A stretch of DNA of 53,787 bases, filler included, from Sluysia triapertura (taxonomy: Eukaryota): assembly GCA_046118255.1 (NCBI GenBank). It is 3 parts of 3 records of this genome, joined end to end, with 100 filler letters (N's around TTAATTAATTAA, not from the genome) between each part and the next. Parts side by side here need not be neighbours in the genome. Positions count along the whole stretch, not along the records: positions 1 to 20,013 come from JBJNIA010035484.1; 2 more parts are not named here. The stretch is one strand, 5' to 3'. The position numbers were made by a program, and so were the translations under genes. Below, in pieces: positions 1 through 11,889 of this stretch (position 1 is the stretch's first letter; the number at the start of each line of letters is the position of its first letter). The notes under the pieces are model-generated. The model was not told the DNA's origin. It ran no database searches and saw only the letters and a program-made list of their open reading frames with translations.

Positions 1-478
1 ATATATATTATAGTTTTCAATCAATTTTAATTTTTCTATTTAAATTAAATAAATTTAAAAAAACAGTCCTTACGATTTATAAATATTTAATCTCTTGTGA
101 TTAAATATAATATAAAACAAATTTGTCCAATGATTCCTTTTTAAAATAATATAGTATAAATATAAAAAAAACAATGTAGTAAAAATTCAAAGTTTTGAAA
201 AACTTTTAAAAGATTTTTTCATTAATAAAATTAAGAAAATACCTAAAGTTCTAAAAATATTAATATTAATAATATTAAATTAGATAAAAGAAATAAAGAA
301 ATAAATAAAATAAATTTAAGTTTTGTCGATATAAAAATAAAAATTATATAATAAAATCAAGTAATAATAATAATAATAAATTTTATCTAACTTGTAAACA
401 CAATTTATACCAATTTTAATTTTTTGAATTTACCTTTAAATGCAAAAAAATTAAGATAATCCCATTTAATCTAAGAGA

Positions 479-480
<2 letters not shown>

Positions 481-545
<65 letters not shown>
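481..545. repeat. (TAA)n microsatellite
   Basis: Pure TAA run. Similar runs at ~8930-8987, 31104-31146, 46085-46155, 49070-49133, 53401-53438 and 53726-53787. Confidence 0.97.
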
Positions 546-621
546 GTCGTAGTAATAATATAAATAAATAAATAACTTTATAAAATAATAATCTAATTAT
601 TATTTAATTTTTCTAAACTTT

Positions 622-1055
622 TTAAATTTTTTTATTTTTAATATTAAATTTTCCGCGATCTCCTATTGCACCAAACGAATTTTTATTATTGTTATTATTA
701 TTATTACATTGCTTAAAATTATCGGCATATGACTTTGGTTGTGGTTTGGATTTGATTATTCCATTACTCTTTGCATTTGAAATCCCCAAAGAAACCGCAG
801 CTGTGGCTGGTGTTATCGTTGATGCTGGTAACGCTGTTGACGACGTCGTAGGTGACATGTATGGTTGAGTTAGGTATGAATTATTATGATCTAATATAGT
901 TGTGCTATTGTTGTTATTGTTATTGTTACTAAAAATATTTATGTTGTAGACAGAAGTATGATAGTTAAATAATCGATTTTGATTTGTTGAATAATCAATG
1001 ACTGAATTAGAAGAATTGAATGCGTTTGTGTTAAATTGATCTGAAAAATTAAGCC
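622..1055 (-). CDS. Probable terminal exon of an unknown gene; N/S/T-rich low-complexity protein segment
   Basis: The frame of ORF 622..858 stays open upstream to a splice acceptor (ttttttaattacAG|GG, exon start 1055). It reads LNFSDQFNTNAFNSS...PYMSPTTSS...FGAIGDRGKFNIKNKKI*, and GC is higher than in the flanks. No domain recognised. Confidence 0.5.
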
Positions 1056-1843
1056 CTGTAATTAAAAAATGATTATTAATAATAATGTAAAATAAATTTT
1101 ATTTGACAACTATATTTCATTAGTCTAATGATTGGTAAATGACCTAACAAAATTTTGTTGTTATCATTAGAAGTTAGTTTTAAAAATAGAACTAGTGTGT
1201 TAAATTTCAATTTCAAAGATTTACCTTTATAAAACAAAAATATTCACATTATTTAAACATAGACATGTTCATATTTTTCGCTTTTATATATTCATAAGAG
1301 TTTATTATTAAATTCATCTACAATCTGATAATATTTTAAACTAATTTGTATTAAATTTTATAATAAAATGAATAATTACACAACATTTATGGTTTGTGTC
1401 ACATACACGATGCTTTATGTAAACGGTTTTTTAAACCATTCACGTAAACAATTATATTTTTATAATTCAAATAAAGTTTTACAGTGCGAAAAGAAATTTC
1501 TGTGCTGACCAACCCAATATCTTAGGGTTTAGTTTCAAAATATATACACCAAAATCACCTGTCACAATATTTCATAATTCATAATATTTTCAAACATTAC
1601 AAATATAAAATTACATAACATCAAATTCACATTTAATACCGAAAATCATCAATCACACACTTAAAAATTAGTCTAAAACATTTTAAATTAAATTAGTCCA
1701 ATATATCACACATTACATAACATCCTAACTATTTTCCATCAAAACCTTTTTTTATATTTTATTTCTTCAGATCCACTAAAACCATTTTTATACCTTAAAA
1801 CATTTTTTAATTCTTAATCTGACAACAGCAATCACATCCTAGT

Positions 1844-1864
1844 ATCTGCCAGTGGTTGACAGTT
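1844..1864. promoter_or_regulatory. CTGTCA-N5-TGACAG-type palindrome of family A
   Basis: CTGCCA-GTGGT-TGACAG here. Equivalents at 26351-26371, 42280-42296 and 42330-42350, plus an N4 variant at 26293-26310. Always upstream of the cargo ORF. Confidence 0.55.
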
Positions 1865-2245
1865 AATTAAACAAAACTGTATCAATAGTAATTAATGTTA
1901 ACTGTTAACAGCTGGATAATAAAAATTGTATTCTAAGCTATTATCTTATCTCTCGTTTTGGTTGCTCATTGAACATCACAACAATGTTAGAATTAATTTT
2001 TATTGATGATTCACCTTTTGAATAATTGTAAGTGGCATATTTATTTTTATAATTGAATATTTGGTGTATCAATCATATGAACGAACGTATACTAATGTTT
2101 TAACTCATAAAAATATAGTTGATTAATTTTAATAGGCAATTTTAGAAATAGTAGTATATCAAGAATCAGAAATAAACACTTAAAATTAGAAGAATAAATC
2201 ACTGAAAATTTATAGTACTGACAAAAGTATAAATCTTTTTCTATA

Positions 2246-3576
2246 ATGATAACAGCCGTACCTAAACTTTCAGATAATATTTCTAAATTAAAGTGGTAAA
2301 AACCGGTTAAAATTCAACAACATGCTATTTCATTATTGCTGGAACATAAAGATGTTATTGATTTATCTGTAACTGACAGCAAAAAACTACTCGTTATTGT
2401 ATTCAAGTAATTCAACAATATTTGGATAATGATCAGCCATTCATGTACCTAATGATTTTAATTCTCTCAGTAATTACTCAGTAATGCAAGAGTATTGTGA
2501 GATTTTAAAAATGAATGAAAGATTAAATTTGAAAAGAATGCGTTTGACTGGAGATATAGATATCACTGATCAATCAACAGAATTTAGTATTTCTGATATT
2601 CACATTATATTAGCTACTTCTGGTCGAATTTTATTGATACTTCATCACACTAGTCAAATTAAAGAAATTTTTTATTTTATTCGATACTTGCTGTTGACGA
2701 GGCAGATAAAATGATGCGTAATGAATTAGATGAAGAGATCGAAAGAATTTTACGAATATTAAATAAGAAAAGGAAAGAGAGAAATAAAAAGATATTCAAA
2801 CAATTCAAATTCACTCAACAATATGTTATAGTGATGCTAAAGCGAAGTATAGAATTATGTTTTATGATTCTCAACTTGTTGATGTCACATTAAAAAGCGA
2901 TATTCCAACACAGTTGAAATGTTAAGCTTTGACCATATCAAATCATACTGAAGATAAAGTTGCTCTTAAAATAATATGCGAAACATATATACCTAAAATT
3001 TTAGACTTTGTTAATGTTTACCCTGTCATATGGTCCTATGAATCCATTATAAACAAAATGAATATTAAAGATTTTCCAGCAGTATACCGAGAGTACTAAT
3101 GCCTCGCCGAAAATGCAGCAAAAACGTGAGCTTTCCCGAATCAAGTAATACACATGATATATTCCTTCACCGGTTTACTAACTGAGTACTGGATTTAGAA
3201 GATATTTTTATGAATTTCAATCTCAATGTTCCAAAAAAAGGTTGATATCTATCGTCATAGAATTGGGTATAATTCTACAAACTTTAATGAACGTTACGAA
3301 ACGTCTCTATGTCTGCATATGGCAACGCAAAAAGAAAAATGCACAAAATATGGTGCAAAATGCGTGTACCTCCACTCAATCAATGAATTCGAAGAGTTCG
3401 AAATCGATCCAGCAATTCGGATGACACACTACAGTAGAATAAATTACTTATTGGCAGATCTCAATAAATTTTCTTCGACATCACATCCCAATATAAAAGC
3501 TATCAAAACTGCTATCAACAATTCTACGACCAGATTTTCTTCTAATAACAATAAAGTAAACATTCATTATAATTAG
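2246..3576 (+). pseudogene. Decayed DEAD-box RNA helicase (DDX47/Rrp3-like) fused to a C-terminal CCCH zinc finger
   Basis: Read across stops and frameshifts: Q motif W*KPVKIQQHAI, motif I remnant SVTDS(K)KT, LTGDIDITDQS, Ib HIILATSGRI, II AVDEADKMM (GACGAGGCAGAT 2696-2707), VI NVPKK-VDIYRHRIG. Then YETSLC-x9-C-x6-C-x3-H (3295-3375). Confidence 0.8.
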
Positions 3577-4387
3577 AATGATGATATTTTAATTATATAT
3601 TTCTATTTGGTTAAAGAAACTGGATCTCGAAGAACGTGGCATATTTTGAAATTAACTATGATGAACATTTTTAAATTAATCATTATAAATAAAATTAGGT
3701 CTTCAATTTTGTTCTTTTGTAATGTGTTAAATTTTAGAATAATTTTATTCAATAATTAAAAAGTAAACATAATGTTTCTCAATATAACAAATTTTTATGA
3801 AATAAATAAATTGTTAAAATTCTTGAATTTCATAAGGCAACCAACCTTAAACCATCACAATTTCAAAGGATCAAATGAAAGATTTTTGGGAAAGTGATAA
3901 CAATAATTAAAGTTTTGGTTTAATGTTTTTGTTTCTAGATGTAAAATGATTTCTATATGTACTTTTATATATTTGTTACTTTTGTGTTTTCCAAAGACAA
4001 ACATATACTATTTGTCTTAGTTTCGATTGACAAGGTTTCCTAAAGAACCTATTTTCTTTGTAAATTCAACTTATAAATCAAACCATACAATTGCTTGAAG
4101 ATTTAGGAGTCTTTATATTTGTAACTGATCATTACCGATATTTTCTTTACAAATATCCTAGATTTTGGTAATATTAATCTAAATAAGCATGATGAAAAAA
4201 TGTTCAATGAATGTTACATCATTTTAAGATTATATTGTTTAATTATAACAAAGAAAGCGTTTAAATATAAATTATTATTATTTTTACATATTGATACTAA
4301 TAAAATTAGGGATCATTAACCCAATAATTTAAAAAACTCCATGAATCTATAAGTGAACACTATAAACTTATATAAATCCACTGTCAT

Positions 4388-5350
4388 TGTAGTGAGTTAA
4401 AACCCACAAAGATACATTCCCAAAAAATTGAAACACGTAAACTTCTACATATCATGAACAATAAATATTCATTTACTATTACATCCTCACATTCTCACAC
4501 ACTTATACACTCTTACATCTCAATAATCTCATTTACACGACCTAAATGTATATACTATAATCTTTATTTACATCAACCTAAATTAAACTTAAAATTTATT
4601 CTTGTTATTGTTATTACACAATCTATCTTGGTAATAGTTTCACACATTTAGAATGTTGTATCACAGAAATTGCCCTACGTGTTCTGGACGTTTTATAAAT
4701 CTAATTTTACTATTTGAGTTTCATTAAATTTAACAATTATGTAATTAAACGTATTTAGTGTAATATTAATTTTTTTCTATTGAATTCGTTTAGAGTGAAA
4801 AATCTGATTAAGTATACTATAAGTATAGTTTACAATATTATACATAATAAATCACAAAACGTAGTATAAATAGATTATTTCAAATATGCAACATAAGTAA
4901 AAGTGTATCATTTTATGTAAATTATTACTTTATTAAAGCTACTAATAGATGAAAGTTATTAAAAGTTTAAAGCTACTCTTTTCGTAATTATTAATAGCTG
5001 AAATATTAATATTGGAATGTAAGTCTATCCAAATCAGTTATTATTTATTAAGTATTAATAAATAAATCACGAAGTATTGAAAGTTTATAAAAGATTTAAA
5101 ATAAGAAAAATCAACTTAAATTTTTTAGATCAATGTGTTAAACTTGTTAATAAAACTTATTGTTATCATCTATAGTCTTATCTTTCGAAAATTTTCATTA
5201 AAATGTGCAATCGCTTCTATCGTTAGATCAGGACAAAAGACTCAACATTTTAATTGTGAATATTTGAATTTTAATAAAACCAATTTAAGCATTCTAACAA
5301 CCACTATAATATTGTTTATTAACAACGAAATAGCAGCTACATGACTCACG
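4388..5350 (+). mobile_element. Family B LTR-like element, 5' part
   Basis: Starts TGTAGTGAGTTAAAACCC followed by a G-poor arm, matching TGTAGTGAACTTAAACCC at 18369 and TGCAGTGAACTCTAAATC at 52306. The 3' end is not resolved. Confidence 0.5.
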
Positions 5351-6599
5351 AGATCGAATTATCCTGGTTTGGTAAATAAATAATTCATTTTCGTAAAATC
5401 ACCAACTTGATTATTCATCATTTCATTTTTACTTTAATGCGTTTATTATTATTTAAATTATTATTATTATTATTTGAATTTAATTCAATTTATTGCTATA
5501 TTAACTTTATATTCAAAAATTCAGTACAGTAAAATAAAATTTAATCTCAATTATATTTTCTATAATGATAATATAATCAAAAGATTACGATAATGGAATC
5601 TAAAACTAATCTTACAACTATCATTATCATTAATAAAAGCACGATATTCAAAATAACGAAAAATTATGAATTGTTATTATTGTAAATAAACTAACTAAAC
5701 TACATGTACTATACGAACTAATAAACTATCTAAACTACATGTACTATATATAAATTATTATGTATAGTTAGTGTGTAAAAAACTAATTAGTATAGTAATT
5801 TTAGCGATTAAATTTTAACATTAAATCTCTTTTAATTGTCAACTAATTTGTAGAATTAATTTTAATTTTTAAAGAAATTATTAAAATTTAAAGAAATTAT
5901 TAGGAATTATTATCTAAAAGTAAGTATAATTTAATAATCTAATAATCTAAATTATTATTTAAATTTAAAAGTGAATTTTAAAACATTTTTATTTTGTTTG
6001 AGTTTTGACCTTCAAGGTTGAAACTCACAGTATAAAGAGGTAACATAAACTTTCACACGCAATATTATTATAAATTTTGTCATTTACAATTTTGATTATA
6101 AATTTTTAATTCACAATTTTTGGCACTTTTGAAAAACGAAAATAATTTATCTTTATCCCGGATATTGGACAAGAACTTAATCGTTGCAGAACACTTTTAT
6201 AACTATGAATTTCATTTGATCTTGAAGAATCCAGAATCTTGTGATTCTATATTTTTGCAAAATAATAGTGAAAATATCGTTAGTTAATTTTTAGTAAGAT
6301 TTAGTAACATTTATTTTGCCAAGTAAACTATACGTAAAATAATATTTAACACATATTTTCACTAACCGATAAAACGATAGCAAAGTAAAATCCTTTAAAA
6401 AAATTTTATAACGACAGATATTCATTTATGGAAAATCCTATAACTTTTATATCATTTTATATTCATTGTTTTATTTATTATTGTATCAATTTTTGTTCAA
6501 TAAACCTTTAAGTTAAAACGGTGATTTTTGATTTTTAAATTTTGTTAATATTCATACGATTCTATTTAATTCGGAACCGGAGAAAATTACAAATTAAAA

Positions 6600-7110
6600 T
6601 CATTTATAAGAATTTTGGTAATTATTTAACTCTAAAATCTTAAGCAATTAAACGAAGTTAAGAAATCAAGATAATATAATAAGAGAACCTCCAGTAGTTA
6701 TAAATTATCCTTCTAAGAAAAATCCAACGGCTAACCCTAACAGCTAAGACTAGATACGTTGATGGACTCACCATAAACATTCTTTTATTCGTAAGACTAA
6801 GTTAAGAAATATAAATCAGTATTAAATAATTAACTCCTAATTAGTAACACAATAAGCTGCCCAATAAAGAAATTAAAAAGGAAGTTTAAAATAAAAATTG
6901 AAAGGATATTTCAAATTATTTAACTTTCAATTTTATTCAATAATAAAATTTATCTAAAAATTCAATTTTACTCAATAATAATCAAAATAACAATTAGTTG
7001 GGGAATTTCCTAAATTACCTAAAATTTAAATTCTTTTCAAAAAAATTAAGTAAAAGTAAAACTGTTGCCAAAATATCATGAATATTTACCAGACAGGTCG
7101 GTATTAGGCT
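6600..7110 (-). repeat. Family D repeat fragment with decayed minus-strand ORF
   Basis: 6710-6810 aligns with 12903-13000 (ggctaaccctaac...tacgttgatggactcac vs ggctagccctaac...tacgttggtggattcac). Confidence 0.55.
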
Positions 7111-7159
7111 GTTATTCACGTGATTGTAATTTGTATCATGTTGTACTAGTTGTGTTGAA

Positions 7160-7900
7160 AATTTTGGAACCTTTTATACTTTCGCACTATCCAATCACTC
7201 TTCAGTTTTATAATGAAAAATTCTCTTACACAAATCATTAGAAACTCCTTTGAGTATTCAATCTACAAAGACAGATTTGACAATTACATGGTATGGCGTA
7301 TCAAAACATAAAAATTTGATTAATGGTCAAAATTATTTTCTTCTATTTTAATTAAATTATTTCCCACATTAAAGTAACATTCATTAATATTGTCAATATA
7401 AATGAAAATAATGAATGTAACTTTAGTTTTTATAATTCAATTAATTTTTAGTTTTGCTCACCCCATTTCTAATGGAAAAGGATTAAGTTTCTTATTATCA
7501 AACAGACCATTCTATAAAGATTTAAAACCCATTTCTAGATTCTCCTCTTTCGGAGCAATCACCTCATATTCAATTCATTATTTTTTCATCATTCTAAATA
7601 TGGAACATTCAAGAATTAAGAATCAATTAAAATTTGATTTTCTCAATATTAAAACTTTTCTCGCATTAATTCAGTAAAATCATAACTTCATCAAAAGATC
7701 TTTTAAAAACACAAACAAACACAATATTCCGCATTTATGAAAGGTACTTTTTTTTAATTAAGTTAATTAAGATTTTAATTAATTAACCGATCTTTAGACT
7801 TAATCTTATTTTATGCTTAAAAGTTGTATTAAGGTTCTAAGGTTGTTTAGTACTTTAATAGGCACTCAGAAAGCTCTAGATGATTCATTATTTTGATTTC
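7160..7900 (+). pseudogene. Family C repeat: decayed gene with signal-peptide-like N-terminus and an intron
   Basis: ORF 7402..7677 starts MKIMNVTLVFIIQLIFSFA; GT-AG intron 7744-7797. The reverse complement aligns with 19560-20013, 39800-40480 and 50500-51280. Confidence 0.6.
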
Positions 7901-8926
7901 TTTCTCTACTTATTTATGTTAATTATTAGTGTATCCAATTTATCATATAGAATGCATTTTAAATTTAGATAATGAACCCACTGCTGAATCGAGTATCTTA
8001 CAACTTTTTTTAAGAAGGATGGCATAATGAGTGATGAAGGATACTGATTATTTTTATATAAGATCTTCCATGTGCTACAAAAGTAATGTCAAATACTTGC
8101 CTCTAAACACCATCATTAAAATCATAAGAACTCTCAGATTTTAATAAATTAAGAGCATTGACGCTGTGACATGCTATATTAAATCTGAAGTACATTTTTT
8201 GCATTTTGTACATAGTATTTTGAAAAAGCTCCTTTAGATGCTTATTAATTAAGAAGTTCACTATAAACCTGATTGGTTCACACCTTTTTTATCAGTTTCT
8301 TCCTTTGGTAATGTTTTAAAGTACAACTCATTATTGTCTTCAGCAGTTCTACTAAGAATCTTTATTTCAAGTATCACTTTACCTAATTTTATCTTATTTA
8401 GTATTCTAATGAAATAGATTTTAACTAAGTTTAAAGCCGCTTAAGGCCTGGCAAAACATATAGACTTGAATTTCCAGGGATGATTATATCAAAATTAAAA
8501 CAGTCTAAAACAAAATATAAAACAAAGTAATCATCATTTTTTATAACATGCATATGCCAATTAAATCTAACATAAAACTGGAACAATAATTTTGTAATTG
8601 TAAATGGGAAATGTATGTTTTTAGTTCTGTGTCATTTGGATGACTATTTACGATACATGCTTTATTGGAACTTAGAGTGACTAAGGAACGATTGGATCTC
8701 GACGGTTTAAATGCGTTAATATAGCTATATAGGACACAATCAGGTTTCATCATATTAATAATGGTGTCTTAAGTACAGCGAGTCATCATCAATTAACCTT
8801 CTAGTTTTACGGGAATCATTGGTTTGATTACGAATCATTGAATTAAAATCTTAACTCAATTTTATTAATTATATCATTTTTATTTCACAATTATCATCTC
8901 ATAATTATATAAGCATAAAACAATAA

Positions 8927-8988
<62 letters not shown>

Positions 8989-9089
8989 GATATATATAAT
9001 TGATAGTGATAATAATGAAACAGATAATAATTTACCATTTGCGATAGTAAATGTATAATAATTTATAAAATTTAAAATAATAATAATAA

Positions 9090-10280
9090 TGTCAGTGTGT
9101 ATAATCGTGTATATGTATATTTAGACTCTATTTGTGAATATTTATATTATTTAATTGATTTAATAATTAATAAAAAAAATAATATTAATCTTACTATTTT
9201 AAATGTTTAATTTTAAAATTATTTATATTGATAAATTAATTTGGTTTCAAAAGAAAATATTGTAAAGATCTGTGGTGTAATAGATTTCAATAACAATTTG
9301 ATTTTAATAATTGTTTTATAACAATCGTATTTTGATTTTATTGATTATTAATATTTGATGAATTTAAATGATAAAAAAATTTACATTTATCAAATATAAC
9401 AAAATAATAACAAACAAAAATAAATAAAATTATTAATAAAATTAGTTGATTAGTTAAATATCTAAAATAAAAATTCATCAACAAGCAAAATGGAGGGTTA
9501 GATTTATCTATTTAAGCTAAACTTTTCTAGAATTGAAGTAGAATTAAAAAACACAAGTTGAGATACGAAGACAAAAAAATTTTGGTTCTTCAGTTTACAG
9601 AAAAGCTTCTCCGCTGACGATTGATCAATTAACCTTTTTCTATGAGTCAAAAGTAATTTCTTACTAAATAGGTTTTCATTAAAATCTTGATTTTAATAAA
9701 ATAGGATTGATTAATATCCACTTAAAATCTTGTTATAATTTCCTAGACCGTAAAAAAGCTAGGTTAATTTGTAATTTTAAACTTTGAATTTGAACTCCTA
9801 AGCCTTAAGCTTAAGGAAGTTAAATCAATATCATTATTATAATTTTCTATTGTGTTTGTATAAGATTTTATTGTACAATATCTAAATGTTAATAAAAGTT
9901 CGTAGTTTTTGTATATTGTTTATTAAAATCGACGATTTAATCAGACCGTAAAAAGGCTATCTTAACATATAAATAGGGTTGTTTTTGTTTAATTAATTCA
10001 CTCAAACTAGAGCAGATAACTTCACACTATCTTTAATTGAATAAGTCTAATTAGACCGTCGTCAGTTAGTGACATAAATCGTATCTAATTAGCCGGACTA
10101 ATCTCCATATCTTATTTATTTTGCTAAGTAGGTGTCTCTTTAGTTAAAAACACTTGCAATATTTATAAAAATATTCAATTGATAAATTAATTTTTAATGA
10201 AAAATATTTAATTTTTATGATGTTTTGTTTTATTAAAACTATATAAACACAAATTTACAACAATAACAACACAAATATGA
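9090..10280 (-). repeat. Family D repeat copy containing bulged hairpins
   Basis: CTAGACC-N7-GGCTAG-type motifs at 9742-9763 and 9941-9960, shared with 13115-13284. Boundaries approximate. Confidence 0.45.
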
Positions 10281-11889
10281 TTCAAATATTATTTTAAATC
10301 TTATCCACGAGGATACTTTGTTTAAGATATCTTATTTCCAAATAAATTTTGCTTCGAAATCATCGTTAGTTTAGTTTAAGTCTAACGAAATTTTAATATA
10401 CACTTAAATTACTAATAAATCATTAATAATCTTTTAATTAGATTGTAGTACACTTTTTAATGTGTGAGTTTACGTTTAGATTAATAACCATTGACGTCTT
10501 AATCTTGTAAAACAGTTAATTATAATTACATTACATACCTTTCACATAATTTTAATTTTGACTAATAATTTAAGGAAGATTAATAAATCAATTACTTTCT
10601 CGCACTAATTAACTTACATAGTTTCAAATTCCCATTTAAAAGTTACCTTATACCGTTAAATTTTGTTTATACATCCTATTTAATTGGGATCTTACTCAAA
10701 ATCATTACTTAAAATCGTCATTGCAAAAAGACGAAAAAGCAATTACTGATATCAATTAGTTATTATTCGTACTTTAATCTCCAAAAAAACATTTAAAAGA
10801 ATTTTGTCAAACACTAATAACTGAGTTGTATTTAACTATTCTTATGTTATACGCCACTTAGGTGTTACCTCTTAAGTGAGTAAGTTTAACATCGCAAGGG
10901 ACTCATATGAAATTAACTGTAAGCTAAAAATCTTACATTAATAAGTTATTTGATGTTGAATTTATAGAATATCGTCGAAATATCAAAAACGGAATTTCAA
11001 ATAACCGAAAATTCAATGAATTTATTATAACCTCTTTAATGATCACTATTATTGACCCTCATAAGTTATTTATATCGGAAATTAAAGATGACTACCGTTT
11101 TCAAGGAGAAATAATTACATTAAAACACTTGAAAAAATGGATTTTATTAACTAAGGAAGTATACCAAAATATAACAAATTCAAATAACCTCTGTTCCTAA
11201 TGAAAATACTTTACCCTATGATGAATCTGAAAACAAGTTTATCGATAATTATGACGGAATACATTTATTTTATATAAAAAGGAAAGTCTAAAACAAAATT
11301 CAAACTTAATGTGCCTCCATTTTCATTAGCATCAGTTTCTAAAGGAGTTGTACTGACCATATATATCTAGCATGTATAGCAAACACATTTATAACTTATA
11401 GATCTTTAAACTGATGCGTATATAGTGGAAGTGCCGGCTAACTCTTGGATATGTCTTTAAGATATAATAATTTTAAAATCATATTCAACAAAATTAGATT
11501 GTTGCAATCTGGAAAAATTATGATAATGAATAATATATGCTCTTGCTTGGTTTACTTTTGAATAGCAGTGATTTCCGATTCCTTGAAAACTTGAAAACCA
11601 TCGTGTAGAAGGTGCATACATAATAGACATTGTTAATTTTTAACATAGATAATAAAATTACCCAAACTGCATACGATCTACAAATCACAAAATCAACAGA
11701 TATCAAACTGATACAACAGATAGTAATAGTAATTATAAGGTATAACGAAAATATAAAAATAGAGCAGCAAGAATTTACATGCATACATACCTTTGTACAT
11801 TTGGTAAATAAAATAACAAAACAATGATAGTACAGAGTTATATATATACAAACATGAGTACTAATATCAATGACCATTCAAACATCAAT

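Larger units (their letters stand above)
1501..3859 (+). mobile_element. Family A copy 1: TG...CA-bounded LTR-like element with 5-bp TSD
   Basis: Starts TGTGCTGACCAACC, ends AAACCATCACA, flanked by ATTTC at 1496-1500 and 3860-3864. The 5' arm is homologous to 25594 and 41494. No gag, pol or transposase inside. Confidence 0.8.

Noticed and set aside
7980-8400. Minus-strand CEPIRF resembling Transib CRPIRF, and GTTCACTATA (8256-8265) resembling a reversed family B start
   Set aside because: Single short motifs with no supporting catalytic motifs or G-poor arm.
9085-10278. TG...CA bounds with AATAA/AATAT as TSD for a family D copy
   Set aside because: Imperfect match in microsatellite-like AT sequence; likely chance.
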